Shown here piece by piece: positions 17,513 through 26,568 of a stretch of 64,000 nt of DNA. Source of the stretch: Alphaproteobacteria bacterium (GTDB taxonomy: Bacteria; Pseudomonadota; Alphaproteobacteria; UBA828); contig CBDCRW010000006.1 in assembly GCA_965221125.1 (NCBI GenBank), forward strand, positions 480,001 to 544,000, written 5' to 3'. How positions within the stretch are numbered: position 1 is the stretch's first letter; every line of letters starts with the position of its first letter. The notes under the pieces are model-generated. The model ran no database searches and had not been told where the DNA came from. It worked only from the letters and a program-made list of their open reading frames with translations. A program made the translations under genes and the position numbers.

Positions 17513-18544
17513 ATGCCCGTGCCCACCACCTGCATCGGCGCCTATCCCAAGCCGCCCTACGTGCCGCGCCTGGCGTGGATGCACGGGGACATCGAGGCCG
17601 GCGAGGCCGAGGCCGGAGCACTCACGGCCGAGGAGCGGCGGGCCGCGTTCGACCGGGCGACGCGGGAGGTCGTGGCCGAGCAGGCCGCCATCGGCATCGA
17701 CATCCCGACCGACGGCGAGGTGCGGCGGGGCAACTACATCCACTACCACTGCAGCCACCTGCAGGGCTTCGAGCCCGATACGCTCACGCTCCGCACCATG
17801 CGGAACGGCGCGTGGACCGCCGAGGTGCCCACCTTCACGGGCAAGGTCGCGGCGGGCGAGCCCTTCCTGGTGCGCGACTGGCAGGTGGCGCAGGCGGCGA
17901 CGGAGAAGCCGGTCAAGATCACCGTGCCGGGGCCGCTCACCATCGCGGACTCGACCGCCAACGCCTGCGCGTCCGAGCGCCGCGCGTGGTGCGCCGACCT
18001 GGCCGACGCGCTCAACGTGGAGATCAGGCGGCTGGCCGAGGCGGGTTGCCGCCACATCCAGGTGGACGAGCCGCTCTTCGCCCGCCTGCCGGACCAGGCG
18101 CTCGACTTGGGCATCGAGAGCCTGGAACGCTGCTTTCACGGGGTGCCGGGTGGCGTGACGCGCACCATGCACATGTGCTGCGGCTATCCCGACAGGCTCG
18201 ACGAGACGGACTACGTGAAGGCCGACCCGGAAGCCTACCGTCGGCTCGCCCGCGCGGTGGAGGCCAGCTGCGTCGACGCGGTCTCCATCGAGGACGCGCA
18301 CCGGCACAACGACCTCACCCTGCTCGACGCCTTCGCCAGCACGACGGTCATCCTCGGCGTCGTCGCGATCGCGTCCAGCCGGGTGGAGACGGTGGAGGAA
18401 ATCGTCGAACGCCTGCGGGCGACGCTCGACCACATCGACGCGGACCGGCTGATGGCCGCGCCCGACTGCGGCCTCATCATGCTGGGGACTGACCTCGCGC
18501 GCGCCAAGCTCGGCCGTCTCGTCGCAGCCGCGCGCGCGGTCTGA
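17513..18544 (+). CDS. cobalamin-independent methionine synthase II family protein (single domain)
   Basis: IGAYPKP, TDGEVRR, IQVDEP; Zn ligands HMC, E (SIED), PDCG. Confidence 0.85.
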   Translation: MPVPTTCIGAYPKPPYVPRLAWMHGDIEAGEAEAGALTAEERRAAFDRATREVVAEQAAIGIDIPTDGEVRRGNYIHYHCSHLQGFEPDTLTLRTMRNGAWTAEVPTFTGKVAAGEPFLVRDWQVAQAATEKPVKITVPGPLTIADSTANACASERRAWCADLADALNVEIRRLAEAGCRHIQVDEPLFARLPDQALDLGIESLERCFHGVPGGVTRTMHMCCGYPDRLDETDYVKADPEAYRRLARAVEASCVDAVSIEDAHRHNDLTLLDAFASTTVILGVVAIASSRVETVEEIVERLRATLDHIDADRLMAAPDCGLIMLGTDLARAKLGRLVAAARAV

Positions 18545-18608
18545 CCCGCCGCGTCGTGGAAGCCCCCGAAGACCTGTACGATAGCGGACCGGCACGGCGA
18601 GGGGAGCG

Positions 18609-19841
18609 ATGGACCGCGACGCGTGCGAGAGGATGGATCGGGAGTGCGCGCTCTCACCCCTGCGGGAACGGTTCGCCCTGCCGGAAGGCGTGCTCTATTT
18701 CGACGGCAACTCCCTCGGCGCGCTGCCGAGGACGACCGCCGCCGACATCGACCGCGCGGTCCGCGAGGAATGGGGCGGGGGCCTGGTCGAGAGCTGGCTC
18801 GACGCCGACTGGTTCTTCCTCGCGAAGAAGGCCGGCGACGCCATCGCGCCGCTGATCGGTGCCTCGGCCGGCGAGGTCGTCGTCGCGGACTCCACCTCGG
18901 TCAACCTGTTCAAGCTGGCGGCCTCCCTGCTGCGCCAGAGCGAGGGGCGGCGCACCGTCGTCACCGAGCGCGGCAACTTCCCCACCGACGTCTATATCCT
19001 GGAAGGGCTCGTCGATCTCTTCGGCGGCAGGTTCGACCTCGTGCTGGCGGAGCCCGAGGCCATCGTCCGGTCGGTCGACGAGGGCACCGCGCTGGTCCTG
19101 CTGACCCACGTCAACTTCCGCACCGGCGCCATGCACGACATGGCGCGGATCGCGGCGGACTGTGCCAGGCGCGGCGTGCCCGTGATCTGGGACCTCAGCC
19201 ATTCCGCCGGCGCCGTGCCGCTCGCGCTCAACCACTGGGGCGTGGCGTACGCCGTCGGCTGCACCTACAAATTCCTGAACGGCGGGCCGGGCGCGCCGGC
19301 CTACATCTACATGGCGGAGAGCGCCATCGCGGCGCACGAGCCGGTGATGACCGGCTGGTTCAGTCACGCAAACCAGTTCGGCTTCGAGGATCGTTACCGG
19401 CCCGCGGAGGGCATCGAGAAGTGCCTGGTCGGCACGCCGCCGATCCTCTCGCTCCGCGCCGTCATGCACGGCGTCGCAACCTTCGACGGCATCGGCATGG
19501 ACGACGTCGTCGGCAAGTCGCGGAGCCTGTCCCAGCTGTTCATCCGGCTGGCGGACGACCGGCTCGCGCGCCACGGATTTTCGCTCGCGAGCCCGAGAGA
19601 GCCCCACGAACGGGGCAGCCAGGTCTCGTTCAGGCACGGGCACGCCTACGCCGTCTCCAGGGCGCTGCGCGCCGAGGGCGTCGTGGCCGACTTCCGCAGC
19701 CCCGACATCCTGCGCTTCGGCGTCGCACCCCTCTACATCCACCACGTCGACGTGTGGGACGCGGTGGACGCGCTCGCGCGTATCATGGCCGGCGAGGGCT
19801 GGAAAGCGCACGGCGCCGACACGCCGGACCCGGTCACGTGA
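18609..19841 (+). CDS. kynU: kynureninase
   Basis: YFDGNSLG, DSTSVNLFK, NFPTDVY, WDLSHSAG, GCTYKFLNGGPG (PLP Lys), RGSQVS. Confidence 0.93.
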   Translation: MDRDACERMDRECALSPLRERFALPEGVLYFDGNSLGALPRTTAADIDRAVREEWGGGLVESWLDADWFFLAKKAGDAIAPLIGASAGEVVVADSTSVNLFKLAASLLRQSEGRRTVVTERGNFPTDVYILEGLVDLFGGRFDLVLAEPEAIVRSVDEGTALVLLTHVNFRTGAMHDMARIAADCARRGVPVIWDLSHSAGAVPLALNHWGVAYAVGCTYKFLNGGPGAPAYIYMAESAIAAHEPVMTGWFSHANQFGFEDRYRPAEGIEKCLVGTPPILSLRAVMHGVATFDGIGMDDVVGKSRSLSQLFIRLADDRLARHGFSLASPREPHERGSQVSFRHGHAYAVSRALRAEGVVADFRSPDILRFGVAPLYIHHVDVWDAVDALARIMAGEGWKAHGADTPDPVT

Positions 19842-19908
19842 GGGCGGCGGCGGCGCAATTCTCGCGGAATTGTGCTATGAGGGGCGGGTTCAGGAAAGCG
19901 GTCTCAAC

Positions 19909-20370
19909 ATGACGACATCGCCCGACAGCGACGCCAGAGCGTGCCTGCGCGAGGCCGGGCTCCGGCCCACGCGCCAGCGCATCGTGCTCGCCAGCCGCCT
20001 CTTCGGCGGGCCGCACCGGCACGTCACGGCGGCGGAGCTTCACGCCGAGGTGCTGCGGGAGGAGGCGGGAGTCTCGCTCGCCACGGTCTACAACACGCTG
20101 CACCAGTTCACGAAGGCGGGCCTCCTGCGCGAGCTGGTGGTGGACTCCGGGCCCTCCTTCTTCGACACGAACACCGCGCATCACCAGCATTTCTTCCTCG
20201 AAGACACCGGGCGGCTAGTCGATGTGCCGGGCGATCGCGTCTCGGTGAATGTCGAGCCGCCGGCGCCGCCGGGGACCACGGTCTCGCGCATCGACGTCGT
20301 CATCCGCGTGACCGGCACAGGCGCGGAAGAGGGCGCGGCCCGGCCGGGGGACCCGCACACCCTGGAATGA
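19909..20370 (+). CDS. irr: iron response regulator Irr (Fur family)
   Basis: LRPTRQR, HRHVTA, VSLATVYNTLHQFT.AGLLRE, FFDTNTAHHQHFF. Confidence 0.8.
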   Translation: MTTSPDSDARACLREAGLRPTRQRIVLASRLFGGPHRHVTAAELHAEVLREEAGVSLATVYNTLHQFTKAGLLRELVVDSGPSFFDTNTAHHQHFFLEDTGRLVDVPGDRVSVNVEPPAPPGTTVSRIDVVIRVTGTGAEEGAARPGDPHTLE

Positions 20371-20409
20371 TTCCAATCCGTTGACGGCGGCGCTGCGCTG
20401 CGTCATATA
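20361..20409 (+). promoter_or_regulatory. ICE-like box plus sigma70-type promoter of rubrerythrin
   Basis: CCTGGAATGATTCCAAT (20361-20377, 14/17 to ICE) directly before TTGACG-17nt-CATATA (20381-20409). Confidence 0.65.
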
Positions 20410-20493
20410 GGGCGGCGAACGCACTGGCCGTGCCCGCGTCCCTGGGCGCGGCGGCCACATATCTCGAACCGTAGAATCAGGGGGATCAAGACC

Positions 20494-20913
20494 ATGCCTG
20501 CACTGGGTGGCAGCAAGACCGAGCAGAACCTCAAGGACGCCTTCGCCGGCGAGTCACAGGCCAACCGGCGCTATCTCTACTTCGCCCGCAAGGCCGACGT
20601 GGAGGGCTACAACGACGTCTCCGCGCTCTTCCGCTCGACCGCCGAGGGCGAGACCGGCCACGCCCACGGCCATCTCGACTTCCTGGTCGAGACCGGCGAT
20701 CCCGCCACCGGCAAGCCGATCGGCCAGACCAGCGACAACCTGGCGGCGGCGGTGGCCGGCGAGACCCACGAGTACACCGACATGTACCCCGGCATGGCGC
20801 GCACCGCGCGCGACGAGGGCTTCGACGAGATCGCCGACTGGTTCGAGACGCTCGCGAAGGCCGAGAAGTCCCACGCCGGCCGTTTCCAGAAGGCGCTGGA
20901 TTCACTCGACTAG
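20494..20913 (+). CDS. rbr: rubrerythrin (short form, no rubredoxin domain)
   Basis: [38 protein letters not shown] diiron motifs; no C-terminal CxxC. Confidence 0.93.
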   Translation: MPALGGSKTEQNLKDAFAGESQANRRYLYFARKADVEGYNDVSALFRSTAEGETGHAHGHLDFLVETGDPATGKPIGQTSDNLAAAVAGETHEYTDMYPGMARTARDEGFDEIADWFETLAKAEKSHAGRFQKALDSLD

Positions 20914-20983
20914 AGCGCTTCTTTCTTGCCTGATCCGGCGCTCACTGGGCGCGCATCCGCGCTCGGGCGGGCGCCGGTTTTGG

Positions 20984-22042
20984 TTAGGCGCCGGCCAGGC
21001 GGAAGATCTCGGCGTAGGCCGGGTGGATGCCCGCCGCGCCAAAAGCCTCCAGATCGCTCGAGCACGAGTTCTGGCAGAGCACGGCGGTGATCCCGCTCGC
21101 CTCTTGGTGGCCCGCCATGGTGACGTGCCCGCGCAACTGGCCGAGGTGGCCCGCGACGGTGAGGTCGCCGAAGCGGGAGACCAGGACCCCGTGGCCGCAG
21201 TGGGTGATGTTCGTGCCGGGGAAGCTGGCAGGAAGGAGCGGGCCGGTCAGGTCGGCGAGGGCGGCACGGTCCAGTATCTCGCCGGTGAAGAGCGCGTGGA
21301 CGCCGCGCGCGAGGTCGCGGGGCGTCGTGACCAGGTCGCCCGCAGCCCCGATGCCCGATAGCGGGAACCAGTCCGACGAATCCTCGGGCGGTGCGTCGGG
21401 CGTCGACGAAGCGAAGACGTACTGGCGGGCCAGGCGCTCGCTCGGAAATGCTTCGTCCCCGCCGCTCCAGGTCTCGGCCATGCCGCACGGCTCGAAGACC
21501 TCGCGCCGGAGCCAGCGGGAAAGCGGCTCGCCCCGCTCGCTGGCTACGATCTCGCCCGCCAGCACGTAGCCGGGGTTGGAGTAGACGAAGGCTTCGCCCG
21601 GCGCGATCTGCGTGCCGTTGGCGAGCGCGAATTCGACGATCCGCTGCGGCGTCCAGTCGTCGGCCGCGCCCCTGGGCATGACGGATTCGTATTCCGGCAG
21701 GCCGCTCCGGTGGCTCAGCAGGTGGCGCACGCGAATCTCGTTCGCCCGCGGCAGGTGCGGGAACCACCCCTCGATGGTCCCGTCGAGGCTGATGCGCCCT
21801 TCACTCACCAGCGCGTGCACGGCGACGGCGGTCCAGGTTTTCTTGGTGCTGGCGGTCTTGAACAGGTGGGCCGGGGCGAGCGGCGCCCCGGTCTCCCGGT
21901 CGGCGCAGCCGGCGGCAAGGGTCAGCACCTCTTCGCCCGGCCGGACGAGGGCGAGGGAGGCGCCGACGATGCCGCGCGCCACGTGCTCGCCAAGCACGCG
22001 GTCGAGCTGCGATACGAGAACGTCGCTTTCCGGCTTCAGCAT
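20984..22042 (-). CDS. serine hydrolase, beta-lactamase/PBP-like family
   Basis: SxxK (ASTKK), LLSHRSG, YSN, GHLG; no signal peptide. Confidence 0.85.
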   Translation of the reverse strand: MLKPESDVLVSQLDRVLGEHVARGIVGASLALVRPGEEVLTLAAGCADRETGAPLAPAHLFKTASTKKTWTAVAVHALVSEGRISLDGTIEGWFPHLPRANEIRVRHLLSHRSGLPEYESVMPRGAADDWTPQRIVEFALANGTQIAPGEAFVYSNPGYVLAGEIVASERGEPLSRWLRREVFEPCGMAETWSGGDEAFPSERLARQYVFASSTPDAPPEDSSDWFPLSGIGAAGDLVTTPRDLARGVHALFTGEILDRAALADLTGPLLPASFPGTNITHCGHGVLVSRFGDLTVAGHLGQLRGHVTMAGHQEASGITAVLCQNSCSSDLEAFGAAGIHPAYAEIFRLAGA

Positions 22043-22110
22043 CTCCGATCTCCGCCTTCCGCTCTGCCGCCGCTCACCATAACACGCCGGACGCGCGCTC
22101 CATTTCCCCT

Positions 22111-23628
22111 TCAGCGCAGGAACAGGCGGTAGGCGGGGTTGGCGGTCTCGTCGCGGTAGTCGTAGCCCACCTGATCGAGGAAGGACTGGAAGTCGCCGCG
22201 CTCGTCCTTGGGCACCTGCAGGCCGATGAGGACGCGGCCGTAGTCCGAGCCGTGGTTGCGGTAGTGGAACATGCTGATGTTCCAGGGCTTGCGGCCCATC
22301 CGGGTGAGGAAGTGCATGAGCGCGCCCGGCCGCTCGGGGAAGTCGAAGCGGTAGAGGACTTCGTCGAGCTCCCCCGGCGCGTGGCCGCCCACCATGTAGC
22401 GGACGTGGAGCTTGGCCATCTCGTTGTCGGTGAGATCGAGCACCGGATAGCCGTCCTGCTCCAGCGCGTCCACGAGGGACCGCTTGTCCGCGCCCGCGCC
22501 GCTGATTTCCACGCCCACGAAGATGTGCGCGGCTGCGTCGTCGGCGTAGCGGTAGTTGAACTCGGTGATCGAGCGCGTGCCGATCAGCTCGCAGAAGCGG
22601 AGCAGGCTGCCGGGGCGCTCGGGGATCGTGACCGCGAGCAGGATCTCGCGCTGCTCGCCGAGCTGGGCCCGCTGAGCGATGTGGCGGAGGCGGTCGAAGT
22701 TGACGTTGGCGCCGCTCACGACGGCGGCGAATCGCCCGTCCCTGGCGCCCTCCCGCTCGACGTGGCGCTTGAGGCCGGCGACCGCGAGCGCCCCTGCAGG
22801 CTCGGCAATGGAGCGCGTGTCCTCAAATATGTCCTTGATCGCCGCGCAGATCTCGTCGGTGGAGACGAGCACCACCTCGTCGATGCATTCCTGAGCGATG
22901 CGGAAGGGCTCGGCGCCGATCTGCTTCACCGCGACGCCGTCGGCAAAGGTGCCGACCTGGTCGAGGACGACCCGCTCGCCCGCCGCGAGCGCCGCGTGCA
23001 GGGTCGGCGTGTCCTCCGGCTCGACGCCGACGATGCGCGTCTCGGGCCACAGCGCCTTGACGTAGGCGGCGATGCCGGCGATGAGGCCGCCGCCGCCCAC
23101 GCTCACGAAGATCGCGTCGAAGGCCTCACCCTGCTGGCGCACGATCTCCATCCCCACCGTGCCCTGGCCCGCGATGACGTGCTCGTCGTCGTAGGGCGGA
23201 ATGAGGATCATCCCGCGCTCGGCGGCGAGGGCCTCCGCCGTCTCCTTCGCGCCGTCGTAGCTGTCGCCCGCGAGCAGCACCTCGGCGCCGAGGCGCTCGA
23301 CCGCGTCCACCTTGATGCGGGGTGCGGTCTCCGGCATGACGATGAGCGCGCGCGCACCGAGCCGGCGCGCGGCCAGCGCCACGCCCTGCGCATGGTTGCC
23401 GGCCGACGACGCGATGACGCCCCGCGCGCGCTCCTCAGGCGTGAGCGATGCGAGCTTGTTGTAAGCGCCCCGCAGCTTGAACGAGAAGACCGGCTGCAGG
23501 TCCTCGCGCTTGAGCCAGACCTCGCTGCCGAGCCGGGCGGAGAGTTTCGGGGCAAGCTCCAGCGGGGTCTCGCGCGCCACGTCGTAGACGCGCGCCTTCA
23601 GGATTTTCGTCACGTAGTCTCGGGGCAT
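22111..23628 (-). CDS. ilvA: threonine ammonia-lyase, biosynthetic
   Basis: KREDLQPVFSFKLRGA, SAGNHAQG, two C-terminal regulatory repeats (PERPG, FHYRNHG). Confidence 0.96.
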   Translation of the reverse strand: MPRDYVTKILKARVYDVARETPLELAPKLSARLGSEVWLKREDLQPVFSFKLRGAYNKLASLTPEERARGVIASSAGNHAQGVALAARRLGARALIVMPETAPRIKVDAVERLGAEVLLAGDSYDGAKETAEALAAERGMILIPPYDDEHVIAGQGTVGMEIVRQQGEAFDAIFVSVGGGGLIAGIAAYVKALWPETRIVGVEPEDTPTLHAALAAGERVVLDQVGTFADGVAVKQIGAEPFRIAQECIDEVVLVSTDEICAAIKDIFEDTRSIAEPAGALAVAGLKRHVEREGARDGRFAAVVSGANVNFDRLRHIAQRAQLGEQREILLAVTIPERPGSLLRFCELIGTRSITEFNYRYADDAAAHIFVGVEISGAGADKRSLVDALEQDGYPVLDLTDNEMAKLHVRYMVGGHAPGELDEVLYRFDFPERPGALMHFLTRMGRKPWNISMFHYRNHGSDYGRVLIGLQVPKDERGDFQSFLDQVGYDYRDETANPAYRLFLR

Positions 23629-23829
23629 GGGGCGGCGCTCGTTGGCTGGCGGCGGTCGCGGGCGCCGATCTGTTCACCGGCGGCAGAAGCGTGCGACAAG
23701 CACATGGGCGCGCCGCGGGATCGAGTCAACGACTCAGTCGTCCGCCTCAGTCGCCCGCCTCAGTCACCCGTTCCTGAATCGCTCCGCCCCGGATACCATC
23801 GCGCCTTCGGCTGAGCGAGGAGACGACCA

Positions 23830-25014
23830 GTGCCAGGACCGCTCGACGGCTACCGCGTGATCGACCTCACATCGATGGTCTCCGGCCCCTTGGCCACCAT
23901 GATGCTGGGGGATCAGGGCGCCGACGTGATCAAGGTGGAAGCGATGGGCCAGGGCGATCACACGCGCACCGGCAGCAACCGCTCCAACGGGCTTTCCTCG
24001 GGCTTTCTCAACGTCAACCGCAACAAGCGCTCGCTTGCGGTGAACCTGAAGGATGCGCGCGGGCGCGACGCCGTGATGCGCCTGGCCGCAGGCGCGGACG
24101 TCTTCATCCAGAATTTCCGGCCCGGCGTGGTCGAGCGGCTGGGCGTGGCCGAGCCCGACATCCGCGCCGCCAACCCCCGCATCGTCTACGTCTCGATCAA
24201 CGGCTTCGGCGAGACCGGGCCTTACGCGACGAAGCGCGTCTACGACCCCATCATCCAGGCGGCGTCGGGCCTTGCCTCGGTCCAGGGCGGCTCGGACGAC
24301 GCGCGCCCGCGCCTCGTGCGCACGATCCTGCCGGACAAGCTCACCGGCGTGACCGCGGCGCAGGCCGTCACCGCCGCGCTGCTCGCCCGCGAGCGGACGG
24401 GCGCGGGCCAGCACGTTCGGCTCTCGATGCTGGATGCCGTCGTCTCCTTCCTCTGGGCGTCGGACATGGGCGGCCAGACCTTCCTTGAGCAGCCGCCGAC
24501 GGAGCAGCGGGCGGCGAGCTTCATCGACCTCATCTACGAGACGAAGGACGGCCACATGAGCGTCGCCGTGATGAGCGACCGCGAGTGGCTCGGCCTCACG
24601 CGCGCGCTGGAGCGGCCGGAGTGGCTGGAGGACGCGCGCTTCAGGACGCCTGCGCTCCGCGACGAGAACATCGACGACCGCCTGGCGCTCACCCAGGAGG
24701 CGCTGCGCGAGCGCACCACCGACGAGTGGATGGAGCGGCTGGAGGCCGAGGGCGTGCCCTGCGCGCCGGTGCTGACGCGGAACGCGCTCGTGGAGCACCC
24801 GCAGGTCGCCGCCAGCGGCACCCTCGTCGAGGTCGACCATCCCGTCGCGGGCCGGATGCGACAGGCGCGGCCGGCGGCGCGCTTCGAGGCGACGCCGAGC
24901 ACGATCCGGCGCGGCGCGCCGCTTCTCGGCGAGCACTCGGAAGAGCTGCTGGCGGAAGCCGGTCTCGCCGCCGACGAGATCGCCGCGTTGCACGACGCCG
25001 GCGTGATCGCCTGA
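23830..25014 (+). CDS. family III CoA-transferase (CaiB/BaiF)
   Basis: LGDQGADVIKVE, NRNKRS, QNFRPGV, catalytic Asp (LPDK), APLLGEH. Confidence 0.92.
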   Translation: MPGPLDGYRVIDLTSMVSGPLATMMLGDQGADVIKVEAMGQGDHTRTGSNRSNGLSSGFLNVNRNKRSLAVNLKDARGRDAVMRLAAGADVFIQNFRPGVVERLGVAEPDIRAANPRIVYVSINGFGETGPYATKRVYDPIIQAASGLASVQGGSDDARPRLVRTILPDKLTGVTAAQAVTAALLARERTGAGQHVRLSMLDAVVSFLWASDMGGQTFLEQPPTEQRAASFIDLIYETKDGHMSVAVMSDREWLGLTRALERPEWLEDARFRTPALRDENIDDRLALTQEALRERTTDEWMERLEAEGVPCAPVLTRNALVEHPQVAASGTLVEVDHPVAGRMRQARPAARFEATPSTIRRGAPLLGEHSEELLAEAGLAADEIAALHDAGVIA

Positions 25015-25021
25015 GCCCCGC

Positions 25022-26566
25022 ATGAGCTGGGAGAAGGAGGTCGACGAGCTCGCGCGCAAGCGGGCGCTGGCGGAGGCGCAGGGCGGCGCCGACGGCATCG
25101 GCCGCCAGCACGCCAGGGGGCTTCTCACGATCCGCGAGCGGATCGACGCCATGCTTGATGCCGGCTCGTTCCGGGAGCTGGGCGGCGCCGCAGGCGTGGC
25201 GAGCCGCGACGCGGACGGGCGCCTCACCGATTTCCAGCCGGCCAACTTCGTTTTGGGTTTCGGCGCGATCGACGGGCGCCGCTGCGTCGTCGGCGGCGAG
25301 GACTTCACGCTGAGCGGCGGCTCGCCCAACGAGGCGGGCCTGCGCAAGAGCGTCTATGCCGAGGAGCTCGCCTGCACCTACCGCGTGCCCCTCGTGCGCC
25401 TCCACCAGGGCGCGGGCGGCAGCGTTGCCGGCACCGGGTCGAAGACCGTGGGCACGCCGGTCAACGCCCCGCCGCGCTTCGCCTCCGTGGCCAAGGCGAT
25501 GGCGAGCGTGCCGGTGGCTTCGGCGGGGCTCGGCGCGGTGGCGGGGCTCCCGGCCGCCCGCCTCGTGGCCTCGCACTTCTCGGTGATGGCGGAGAACTCG
25601 CAGATCCTGATCGCGGGACCCGCCGTGGTCGAGCGCGCGCTCGGCCGCCGGCCCAGCAAGGAGGCGCTGGGCGGCGCGCAAGTGCACGCCCGGAACGGCG
25701 TCATCGACAACCTGGTCGCGGACGAGCCGGCGGCCTTCGCCGAAATCCGCCGCTTCCTCGGCTACCTCCCGCCCAACGTCTGGGAGCTGCCGCCGTGCAC
25801 GCCGGCCGACGACCCGGCGGAGCGCCCGGCCGAGGAGCTGATCGGGATCGTGCCGCGCAACCGGCGCAAGCTCTACGACATGCGGCGCGTGATCGCGCTG
25901 GTGCTGGACGCGGGCTCGTTCTTCGAGATCGGCCGGCTCTACGGGCAGGGCACGATCACCGGCCTCGCCCGGCTCGCGGGCCAGCCCGTGGGCGTGCTCG
26001 CCAACGACTGCTGGCACCTGGCCGGCGCCATGACCGCAGCGGGCTCGCAGAAGACGCGGCGCTTCATCGAGCTTTGCGACACCTTCCACCTGCCGATCGT
26101 GAGCCTGGTGGACGAGCCCGGCTTCATGATCGGGGCGGAGGCGGAGAAGGCCGGCACCATCCGCTTCGGCGCCGCCGCCGTGCTCGCCGCCGCAAGCTCC
26201 GTGGTGCCCTGGGCGTCGGTCATCGTGCGCAAGGCCCACGGCGTGGCGGTCGCCGCGCACTTCGGGCCGGACGGCTTCGTCGTCGCCTGGCCTTCCGCCG
26301 AGATGGGGGCGCTGCCGGTGGAGGGCGGCGTGGCGGTGGCCTTCGGCCGCCAGATCGCCAAGGCCGACGACCCCGCCGCAGAGCGCGAACGGCTGGAGGA
26401 GGAGATGCTGGCGCGGCAATCCCCCGTGCCCCGCGCCGAGAGCTTTTCCATCCACGAGGTGATCGACCCGCGCGAGACCCGGCCCGTGCTCTGCGACTGG
26501 ATCGCCCGCGTCCAGCCCCTGCTGCCGCGCCTCACGGGCCCCACGAACTTTCCGGTGCGGCCGTAG
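25022..26566 (+). CDS. acyl-CoA carboxylase carboxyltransferase (beta) subunit
   Basis: QHARG.LTIRERI, EDFTLSGGS, IAGPAVVE, LVDEPGFMIG, IDPRETR. Confidence 0.9.
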   Translation: MSWEKEVDELARKRALAEAQGGADGIGRQHARGLLTIRERIDAMLDAGSFRELGGAAGVASRDADGRLTDFQPANFVLGFGAIDGRRCVVGGEDFTLSGGSPNEAGLRKSVYAEELACTYRVPLVRLHQGAGGSVAGTGSKTVGTPVNAPPRFASVAKAMASVPVASAGLGAVAGLPAARLVASHFSVMAENSQILIAGPAVVERALGRRPSKEALGGAQVHARNGVIDNLVADEPAAFAEIRRFLGYLPPNVWELPPCTPADDPAERPAEELIGIVPRNRRKLYDMRRVIALVLDAGSFFEIGRLYGQGTITGLARLAGQPVGVLANDCWHLAGAMTAAGSQKTRRFIELCDTFHLPIVSLVDEPGFMIGAEAEKAGTIRFGAAAVLAAASSVVPWASVIVRKAHGVAVAAHFGPDGFVVAWPSAEMGALPVEGGVAVAFGRQIAKADDPAAERERLEEEMLARQSPVPRAESFSIHEVIDPRETRPVLCDWIARVQPLLPRLTGPTNFPVRP

Positions 26567-26568
26567 GG

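Noticed and set aside
20984-22042. Beta-lactam resistance gene
   Set aside because: No signal peptide and no class A/C-specific context; more likely a cytoplasmic esterase or amidase.
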